Assembly (NCBI GenBank): GCA_001179505.1
Contig: CDMY01000830.1
Location: 1 to 16,481, forward strand
DNA from: Vitrella brassicaformis CCMP3155
Lineage: Eukaryota > Protista > Chromerida
Reading direction: 5' to 3'
DNA length: 16,481 bases
Each line of letters opens with the position of its first letter. Within the stretch, counting starts at the first letter, position 1. The notes below the pieces were generated by a model. That model had not been told where the DNA came from, searched no databases, and saw nothing but the letters and a program-made list of their open reading frames with translations. The translations under genes were made by a program, and so were the position numbers. Below, piece after piece: positions 1 through 9,000 of the stretch.

Positions 1-2831
1 TCTTGGGCAGCACGCGCGGCTTGAGCAGCCAGATCTGCTGCACGGGCAGACCCACCTTCATGCTCGCCGCACGGGCCACCTCCTGTGCGATCGTCCGCAG
101 CACCGCGTCCTTGTCGCCACGGTGGCGATCCGTCGTGCACGCCAGCATCGACACAAACCGACCAAACCCGCCAAAGTGCCGCCTGCTGGCCCTCTTGCTG
201 CTCTTGCCCGCCTTTGCCATGGTCAGCGCCCTGACCTCCTCCGGCCGCAGCTCACATGCGATGCCCATGCCCTCTCCCTGCTCGCTCTCCACGGGGAAGG
301 CCGCGCAGCAGCCGGGTCGCACGACGTCACACTTGGCCTCGATGGCCTCCTCGATGTCCTGAGGGATGTACTTGCGCCCCCTGACGATGATCATGTCCTT
401 GGCGCGGCCGGCGATGAAGAGCTCGCCCTTGTAGAGGAAGCCCGTGTCGCCGGTCCGCAGGAAGGGCCCTTCCTGCTTGGGTGCCTTGGTGGTGCACGAG
501 AGGCTGGCCTGGAACGTCTGGCGTGTCTGCTCCGCCATGTCGAAGTAGCCCTTGGTCGTAGAGGGAGACGACAGCCACACCTCACCCACATGGCCCTCGG
601 GCAGCAGGTGGTGGGTGGACGAATCCACTATCGCAACTGATGGATGGATGGATGGATGGAGGAAAAAAGAGAGCACATGAGGGCAGGGCAACTCGGTGGG
701 TTTGTGTGTGTGTGTGTGTCGGCATACCGGTTGTGTCGGTGGCAGGGAGTCTGCAGCCGATGACGATCTTTCGCTCGGACATGTCTGGCCAGCTGGGGCG
801 GAATCCATACCACTCCTCCTCAATGCGCACGTTGCCCTGATCGACACAAGCACATGTATACACGGTAAGTAAATGCAAATCAGACGCGCACACGTGTCCG
901 TCCGTCGATGCGTGCATTGCATCCTACGTTGGTCTCTAGCTCTAGGGCGTTGATCGAGAGCACCAGCGGCTCTGCGTCGAGGGTTGGCCGGAAGCCGGTG
1001 ACACACAGGGTGTTCTCGGCCAACCCAAAGGCAGGCAAGAAGGCGCTGGGGCGCACGCCAACCTCCCGAAACGTCTGCACACACACACACACATACATAG
1101 ACATACATGACACATACATGAGATAGTTAGTGGCCATCCATCGGTGGGAAAAGTCACTTAAGTCGGCTCACTCACATCCATGAAGTTCTTGATGGACGAG
1201 TATCTGATTGGCTCTGCTCCGCACAGCCAGGACGTCTTGCTGAGGTCGAGGGACTTCCTAATGTCCTCAGGCGTCTTGCGGCTGACCAGGTCGTAGGCGA
1301 AGTTGGGTGCGGCTGTGACCTCGCACTCCCACTTGGATAGGCCCTGCAGCCACGACCAGGGCCGCCGCACGAAATCTAGCGGGGACATCATGATCATCTC
1401 GCTGCCGAAGAACAACGTGCCACCAACAAGACCAATCAGACCTGATGATAAGAAAGGGGAGAGGGAGAGAGAGGGAGAGGGAGAGGGAGAGGGAGAGACG
1501 CATGGATGAATTGTCGGTTGTGTGTGCTTCAGTTCGTCCATCGTCTCACTGCATCCATATATGCCTACCCAGGTCATGATAGACCGGCAGCCAGCTGAAC
1601 GTGCGTACGTTGTGCCCCAGCACACTCCGCGATTGACTGTGCCTGTTGTACCAAAATGTCACGAACTCGCGCAACGGGCGATCAAACAGCGGGACGAAGG
1701 CCTCCTCGCTGCCGTCGGCCTCCCCTCCGCTGTCCTTCCTGAGGTCGTCCTTGGTGCGGCGATCGTCTCGCGGGTCCATCCCGAAGGTGGCCGTGCACAG
1801 GTGCACGTTGCTAAAAAAAAGTCCACAAGGACATAGACAGTGCACAGTGAATGCATCGCATCCGTCACTCACGCATCCATCGTGTGCCCTGCACAGCCTC
1901 TTTCTTACTGGAGTAGGTTTCCGTGTGTGACCATGACGCCCTTGGGGTGGTTGGTGGACCCCGAGGTGAACTGCAGGAAGGCCACCTGGCTGTGGGGTAT
2001 GTCGGAGGGGAGGGGGGGGAGGGACGGGCCGTGGCCGTTCTTGGAGGCCCTGTCGATGAGCTCCTGCGAGCTGAACCACCGCAGCTTGTGCCATTCCTTG
2101 CGCACCTCGTCGGTCAGCTCGTTCTCCTTTGCAGCCGGCGGCTGCGTGTGGCCGTTGGATGCGAGGGGTGCCTGGAGATGGGTGGCGATGGCCGAGGGGC
2201 GGTGGCTGTGGAGGGTGAGCTTGCAGTTGAGGCCGTGAAGGATGCGCTGGTAGAAGATGTTGGTCAGGCACACCTGCGCCTTGACCGTCGAAGCGATCCG
2301 CGTGAAACGGGGAAGGTCCGTGCTCAACTGAAACAACGAACAGTGACAGACAGACAGAGAGGCATGAACATACGAACGTGCGGGCACCGCACCCGAGTGG
2401 TCGTATGTATGTGTCCCTCCCGTCCCGTGGTGGTTGCCTAGACTGACCTTGGATGGGTCAGGAGGGTAGACAGGCACGGCGAGCACCCCACTGTACAGGC
2501 ACGCGAAGAAGGCCACGACAAAGTCGATGCCCGGCGGGTAGCACAGCAGCACCGACGCAGGCTTGCCATCCTCCCCCGCATCCAGCATTTGCAGCAGCTG
2601 CCGCCCCAGTGCCTCGGCCCGCCGATGCAGCTCCTGATAGCTGATGGCCGACTCCACGGATCCGTCCACCTTGATGAAGCGGACGGCATTGACGGCCGGC
2701 TGCACACGGGCCCAGTAGGAGATCATCCGCCGGATTGCGGGACCGTCCTCGGGCACTTCCGTCGGCGCGCCGTCACCACATGGCCACCAGCACTCCTTGA
2801 CGTAGTAGTCATATAGGCCGTTTGCCGCCAT
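1..2831 (-). CDS. Spliced fatty acyl-AMP ligase (FAAL-type adenylation enzyme), FAAL-1. Its C-terminal part runs off the window edge; it may be the loading domain of a second PKS.
   Basis: Hand-spliced exons (minus): 2831-2448, 2327-1909, 1810-1569, 1441-1176, 1074-928, 836-728, 636-<1. All introns are GT-AG with consistent phases. Motifs: [30 protein letters not shown]-loop LQFTSGSTNHPKGVMVTHGNL, SWLPVYHDLGLIG, APNFAY, CGAEPI, AFGLAENTL, GEVWLSSPS..KGY, FLRTGDTGF, GRAKDMIIVRGRKYIPQDIE, ending IWLLKPRVLPK at base 1. The WLPxxHDxGL motif and PNFAY point to the FAAL/FadD-like family rather than an NRPS A domain. Confidence 0.9.
637..727 (-). repeat. FAAL-1 intron with (AC)n near the donor and (TCCA)n at the acceptor
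   Basis: Plus strand shows (GATG)n at ~639-659 and (GT)n at ~704-719. Confidence 0.85.
1456..1498. repeat. Purine-rich (GAGAGG)n hexamer tract in FAAL-1 intron 3 (pyrimidine tract on the transcribed strand)
   Basis: ggggagagggagagagagggagagggagagggagagggagag seen directly. Confidence 0.9.
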
Positions 2832-2858
2832 GGGCAGCAAAGCAGATGCACAATCAGT

Positions 2859-2921
2859 CTGACAACGAACGCACTGGCTGACTGACTGACTGAGAGCGGG
2901 ACACCAAAATCAAATCAACAC
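2859..2921 (-). other. Probable 5'-UTR intron of FAAL-1 containing (AGTC)n
   Basis: Minus-strand acceptor TTGTCAG at 2861-2859, 27 nt upstream of the ATG. Candidate donor AG|GTGTTG at 2921 is weak. Confidence 0.45.
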
Positions 2922-3168
2922 CTATATAGTATAAAGCCGTAACAGACCCTAACAAACCCGGTGTCAGTTACGGTAGTCGACACGTGTCGCTGTCGTCGGG
3001 GAGCGCGGCGACGTTAGGTGAGCTCAGTGAGGGCAGTTACGGATCTCTCGCTAGTAGGCTCGCAAAAGGCGTTGGTCGACTTTGCCCACTGGCTGGTGAG
3101 TTGAAAAAAGCCTTGCGCCACAACAAAGGGAAGACTGCACACGACAGGACGGGCCACCGGCAGCACAG

Positions 3169-3675
3169 ATCTCTGCCGCAACGCGTGGATCGGTGATCTT
3201 CAAGATGAATGCACTCGTGGGTGCCGTCTTTCCCTCCTCGTGGCTACTGGTGAGCACCGCACACACACACAAGCACACTCACATGTGAGTGCTGCATATT
3301 CGTGGGTTGATCTGCCTGTCTGTTTGTGATTTGTGTCATGGTGATCTCAGGTCTGAGTGCATCTGCGGCAGCAGCGTGACACATCAGCCTTCGTCCCCCC
3401 CACCCCCTTAATTCAGCGGCAGCAGTGGCCTGTCCAACGCAGTGGTGCAGAGGTGTTCTGACCTGTCCCTGGCTAAGCACGGGGCCAGACCCTCTTGATG
3501 GCCACCGCCGGCGAGGGGAACCTCGGCGCACCGCACCCACCGCCAGAGAACACACAACACACATGCATGCATGCTCGTGGCTGTGTGTGTGTATGTGTGT
3601 GTGTGTGTGCAGATAGTGTCCAAGGAGTGGAAGAAGAGTGAAGAGGACTTCCGCACCGGCGAGACCCCCTGGTGA
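3169..3675 (+). CDS. Candidate small spliced plus-strand gene of unknown function; exon chain unresolved
   Basis: Strong donors CTG|GTGAGT (3096) and CTG|GTGAGC (3250); acceptors CTCAG (3350) and (GT)n-GCAG (3612). The segment 3613-3675 has GC3-rich codons reading IVSKEWKKSEEDFRTGETPW*, and 3169-3249 reads ISAATRGSVIFKMNALVGAVFPSSWLL. I could not join these in one consistent frame. Confidence 0.3.
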
Positions 3676-4252
3676 TCATAGACGCGCCTTTCATTCCCAT
3701 GAATGCACACATACATACATAGATGGCTGCGTACAGTTTCACATGGGCGGAGAGAGCTTGAGAGAGATCGATGGTAGGCAGGCCGGTCGTCGTGTGTCTG
3801 TTTGTACAGGGGGTGGAGGGGCGATGGATGGATGGAACGCTATGCGTGAGCAGCTTTCTGCTGGCTGCAGTGAAGTGAATGTATGTGCGTGGGTGAGAGA
3901 CAGAGAGGGGAGGGGGGGGTGTGTGTAAGTGTGTGTCTGACGGCCAGCCTGCCTGCTCGACTAACGCTCGTGCCATGATGTGCTTGCTGCGTTGCAACCG
4001 ACCTTAGCGGCCATACGTGAGTGAGCATTTTTGTGGCGCGGTGCGGCAGAGGAGGAGGATCCATCACAAGCCCAGCAGATGACACCAGCGGCCAGGTAGG
4101 CACATGGATGGAGTCAGTTTGAGTGCTAACCACGGTGGACGACAGACACATCCATCGATGGCGCACACACCGCCAAAGTCCGAGAAACATGGCACGCACA
4201 CACAAATCCTGCCTGCCACGTCAACGACACGCCCACCCCACCCACCCACCCA

Positions 4253-5601
4253 CTATCCATCCATCCGTCCATTCGTGTGGTGTGGTGTGGTGGCTGTGAG
4301 GGTGCTGTGAGGGTGGATGGGAGGCCACCACCATGGGCGAGATGCGACGACGGGGGCGATCTTTTGAAGAAGCGCATCGAAATGGGACCGAGGAGGATGC
4401 GTCTCCTCCTTCTTGGCCTCCTCAAAGCGCCGCTCCTCCTCCCTCTCGCGCTTCCTCTTCTCCTTCTTCCTCTCTTCCCTCTCGCCCTTGGCAGTGCTGT
4501 CGGCGAGAGATGGGGCCACTCCTCGCTGTGTCTGGATGAAGCCGACTTGCTCGAGCCACTCCCGAGATGGAGGAACAACACGAGGAACAACACTCTGACA
4601 CATCCAGAAATGCAATCTCTGCCTCTGGCTGCGTGTCTCCCTCTTGCTCTAAGTGTGTGTATCTGTGTGTCATCCCACCTGTTTTGTGGTGGGCTGGTGG
4701 GCTGGCTGATTGTGGTCAGCGCAAAATCTTTTTGCGGTGGCCAGCGCGGCGAGCATGACGGGCTGAGGGGACTCACCAGACGCCTTCATGGTCTCCTGCC
4801 GCTTCAGCTGCCTGGTGAGGTGACCCTTCTTCGTGTGCTGCCCATATGCCACACACCAACACACACACGCTGAGAGAGAGGTCTGGGCGTGTGGTATTCT
4901 CACCCCGGAGGATCTTCATGGCCACATCCGGTCCGTGACGATCTATGGTCTGCGCACACTCTCACAACGGCTGCATACACACACACACACACACACACAC
5001 ACAGCCCCCCCCCCCCCCCCCCCCCCNNNNNNNNNNNNNNNNNNNNNNNNNNNNNNNNNNNNNNNNNNNNNNNNNNNNNNNNNNNNNNNNNNNNNNNNNN
5101 NNNNNNNNNNNNNNNNNNNNNNNNNNNNNNNNNNNNNNNNNNNNNNNNNNNNNNNNNNNNNNNNNNNNNNNNNNNNNNNNNNNNNNNNNNNNNNNNNNNN
5201 NNNNNNNNNNNNNNNNNNNNNNNNNNNNNNNNNNNNNNNNNNNNNNNNNNNNNNNNNNNNNNNNNNNNNNNNNNNNNNNNNNNNNNNNNNNNNNNNNNNN
5301 NNNNNNNNNNNNNNNNNNNNNNNNNNCCCCCCCCCCACCCCCCCCCCCCCCCCCCCCCTCTCTCTCTCTCTCTCCCTCTCCCTGTGTGTGTGTGTGTGTG
5401 TGCGTGTGTGTGATCTCACCTGGACCCTGATATCATCAGCAGCCGGCCTATCGACCTCCTTGGCCATCTCGTCCCACTCGTCAGGGTCCCACTGGTCCTC
5501 TGGAGCGATCTGCATTGGTCAGTGACAAGGTGTGCACGTGTGTGGGGACGGTGGGCCGAGCATCTCACCTCGCCCGCGGCCACACCCAGCTCCAATATCA
5601 T
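4253..5601 (-). CDS. Candidate spliced gene encoding a hypothetical protein with an acidic N-part and a Lys/Glu/Arg-rich coiled-coil-like C-part; one intron spans the assembly gap
   Basis: Exon candidates: 5601-5569 (MILELGVAAGE; could start further upstream), 5509-5420 (IAPEDQWDPDEWDEMAKEVDRPAADDIRVQ, with CTGAC branch-like site, CAG acceptor and GTGAGA donor), ~4949-4904 (TIDRHGPDVAMKILR), 4837-4777 (HTKKGHLTRQLKRQETMKAS), 4701-4679, 4594-~4253 (..REWLEQVGF..GEREERKKEKRKREREEERRFEEAKKEE..). One phase conflict remains at 4904/4837. No family recognised. Confidence 0.45.
4977..5412. repeat. Compound microsatellite block (AC)n - poly-C - [gap] - poly-C - (CT)n - (TG)n
   Basis: (AC)n 4977-5003, C-run 5005-5026, C-run 5327-~5357, (CT)n to ~5382, (TG)n 5383-5412. 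Confidence 0.95.
5027..5326. other. Assembly gap (300 N), flanked by poly-C on both sides
   Basis: Run of N seen directly. Confidence 1.
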
Positions 5602-6054
5602 CTCTCCCTGCTCCAACGCCACTCCCTCCCGATACCGGTTGCCGCGACAGGTGGGGGAACAAGGGCGCATCCCGGAAGGGCATGCGCCGTTGTGCATTGC
5701 GGAATTTCGTTTCACGCGCAGTGTGCGTGCGAGCTCGAAGGTCTCTACCCTTCGGTATCTGACTGCCTGTCTCTGCTTGGCGGATCCAGTAATGGCGCAA
5801 AGACGCCCTGAGACGGGACAGGCAGTTTTATTCATCTAATTGAGGCACCGTGACTGACTTGGGTTGACTGACCTGTGTGTGTTCCTTTATCTATCGTCCT
5901 CTCATTGTGTGGAGGGTCGCCGGAGGGTCGCGTGGAGCTGGCGCATTGCCCTGCTGATTTCAGCCTGTGTGATTTGATCATATCCGGTGCTGCTTGTGAG
6001 GACTACTGAAGACCTTCACGGAGTCCTCTTGGCGTGCAGCGGGTGGCCAGCAGA

Positions 6055-9000
6055 ATGGAGTCGGCGTCACCCAAGGATCAGCGTGACGGTTCGCGCATCT
6101 CGAGTGGTCACGATGGTGCGGCAGCTGAGGCGCCGGGAGGGGGGGTGGGGAGCGGGGAGAAATGGGCCCTTCTGTCCAACCAGGGCGAAGGAGATGCCCG
6201 GGGGTCCGCTACTGACCAAGAAGGTGCCGGCGGATCCAGCTCTATCGGCAGCATGCGCCTCAGCCACGACTTCAACGACACCATCGCCCTCTACAACCAC
6301 TACCGCACTTGCGACCTCACATTTGAGGACATGGGCCTCGTGGCATCGAGTGCTAGCACGTCTGCCGCCGCCTTGGCGCCATCGCAGCCGCCCACTCCAC
6401 CACATGTGGTGCAGAGCAGGGTGGAGACCAAGACCGTCACCCACACCCACGGGCACGTGCTGTATCGGATTCTGGCCACGTGGGCGAGGTATCAGCCTGA
6501 CGAGATAGCTGTGACCATGCTCAACGCGGAGGGAGGCGTCCAGTCGCAGCTGTCGTATGGCGACCTCCACCGACAGGCCGCCCTGGTGGCGTCGCAGCTG
6601 ACCAAGCATCACGCTGCGACGGGCAAGGGCATCGGTGTGCAGAAGGGTGACCGAGTGATGCTGTGTTACCCATCGGGCATCGACTTCGTGGTGGCCTTCG
6701 TCGGCTGCCTCTATGCAGGTGAGTCAATCAATCAATGAGTGAATGAGTGAGTGAATGAATGAATGAATGTGTGTGTGACGGTTTGCTTGTGTTTGGTGTA
6801 TGCAGGTGTCGTTGCCGTCCCAGTGTGTCCTCCAGGTGAGGCAGATTGACAGACAGACAGACAGACAGACAATCCAATCAATCGGCCGTGCTCACCAGAT
6901 GCGAGCGTCATTCATTCATTCATTCATTCATCCACCTTTGCGTTGGTCTGTGTGTGTCAGATGCGTCAAAGTTTGAGAGCGACCTTCCTCGCTTCATGAG
7001 GATCATGCAGGAGACGGGCAGCAAGGCGGTCCTCACTAACGGGGCCTATCATCGTGTGGTGCAGTCCATCAATCTCAAGCTCAAGTTCAGCCGCGTCATC
7101 CACAAGCCCTCGTCCACCAAACGGACGAGCAGCAGCCGCAGCGCCAGCCTGCCCCCCGCCAGCGACAAGGGGCGTCAGGCGGCTGCCCCCTCGGCTGCTG
7201 ACCGCCAGGAGGAGTACAGTCGGGACTGGAAGGCCGTGCGGTGGATCGACACCAACGAGATGATCAAGAAGAGGCGCAAGACCCTGGCGGTCCAGACAGA
7301 CTCGTCCAGCTCAGCAGGGAGGGAAGGCGCCAGCGAGGAAGAAGACGACATCTCGCCGTCGGCGGTGCCCTTCAAGCCCCCATTCCTGGAGGCGAGGAGT
7401 CTGGCGGTGCTGCAGTTCACATCGGGCACGATGACGAGCCATCCACGGGGCGTGCAGGTCTCCCACGGCAACCTGCTGCACAACATTCATCTCATCGTCA
7501 AGAAGTTCGGCTTCGATTCGAGATTCGACCACTATAGCGTCCGGAAGCCCCCCACACCGGCGCACGGCACGTCCCTCTCGTCCATATCTGTCGCCCTCGG
7601 CAACAGTGCGGGTGGGGGCAGCTCCCGTAGCGACACATCCAGGGGGCTGTCGGCCTCCAGCTACGATTTGGACAAGATGATGGAGTTCTGGGTTTTGCGT
7701 CACCGTCTGTCGCGTGAGGTCCTGGGCCACAACGTCAGGACATTCACCTGGGTTCCCCTCTTCCATGACATGGGTACGCACAACACGCCACAATACGCCA
7801 CGGCAAAGCAAACCGATATACCGATGTATTTGTGTATGCGTATGTGTGTGCGGTGTCAGGGTTAGTCGGTTCGTTGTGTGGATCGATCTTCTTCGGTTCG
7901 GAGTTGGTCATGATGGCTCCGCACGACTTCCACCGCAAGCCGTCGCTGTGGCTGGAGGCCATGTCGAGGTATAACTGTGTGGCCACGGCCGGCCCCAACT
8001 TCGCATACGGCCTCGTCACCAAGAAGATCACCGACGAGACGCTAGAGAAGATTGACCTCAGCAAGGTGTGCGCCTTCCTCTGCGGATCCGAACCCGTCGG
8101 CCACAACACCATTCGCAAGTTCATCGTGGTACGCTCGCTGACAAGACAGCAACGATTGCTTGTCATCCAGACATTCATTGACCATGCCTCTGTGCTGTGT
8201 GTGGGCATCTATTGTTGGCAGAAACTTGAGAGTCGAGGTGTTCGTCCGAGCAGCTTCATGCCTGGATACGTACTGGTGAGCGACGTGCAGAAAAGCGATA
8301 CTGACGGCATGCGGCACTGTCACTCGTCGTTGTTTGTGTGTTTGTTAGGCTGAGAACACCCTGTGTGTGACGTGTCGCAACGACGTGGAGACCGAGCCGC
8401 TCGTCATTGCTGTTGATATGGACGGCATTCAATCAGATGTAAGTCAGGTGCAAATTGACACACCTGATCAAACGATCGTTCTTCGATGGTTCTGCTGTTG
8501 TGTGTGCGTGTGCGTTGTGCTTGTCAGGCGATCGCTGTAGTTCAGGATGAGTGGCGCGGATTCCCCGAGGACTGCAAGAACTACAAGGAGGATGAGACAT
8601 CCATCAAGCTGCTCATCGGATGCGGCACACCAACACTGGGGACATCAGGTACACACAACAGCCGATACACAAACATGACAGCTTTCCCGCTGTTCTTCTT
8701 TCTTGTCCCCTTCCGCCTTTCAGTTGTGATAGTTGATTCGACGACCCGTCAGGCGCTCCCAGAGTGTCACGTGGGCGACATCTGGGTACGGTCGGGCAGC
8801 ACGACACTCGGCTACCACGGAGATCCACAGCTGACCGATGACGTGTTCAACGGCCGGTACAGCAGGGGCAAGACGTCAGATGCCTCTATCGCCCAGAGAG
8901 GATTCCTCAAGACAGGAGACAAGGGATTCATCTACCAAGGAGGTACGCAAACGCCGCATCGTACACCTTGTTCGCAGCCATCGCCCACGTGTTGCTTCTC

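Noticed and set aside
1905-2840. TTG/GTG start codons used by the ORF track (e.g. 2840, 6034)
   Set aside because: The sequence is eukaryotic; in-frame ATGs at 2831 and 6055 are the better starts.
2940-2960. Telomere-like/telo-box CCCTAA...AAACCC
   Set aside because: A single degenerate unit, no array.
3276-3291. Perfect 16-bp palindrome CACTCACATGTGAGTG
   Set aside because: It is expected at an AC-rich to GT-rich transition inside an intron; no independent evidence of function or of a MITE.
3564-3574. TGCATGCA (ApiAP2-type motif)
   Set aside because: It lies in simple-repeat, intron-like sequence far from a defined start and is indistinguishable from an (ATGC)n slip.
4520-4950. PUB- or PHAX-like resemblance of the minus-strand hypothetical protein (WLEQVGF, HGPDVAMKIL)
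   Set aside because: Only a few residues match and the exon phases are unresolved; this cannot be supported without an HMM search.
4833-5525. ORFs spanning the first N-run
   Set aside because: Artefacts of translating through N and microsatellites; only the 5509-5420 exon looks real.
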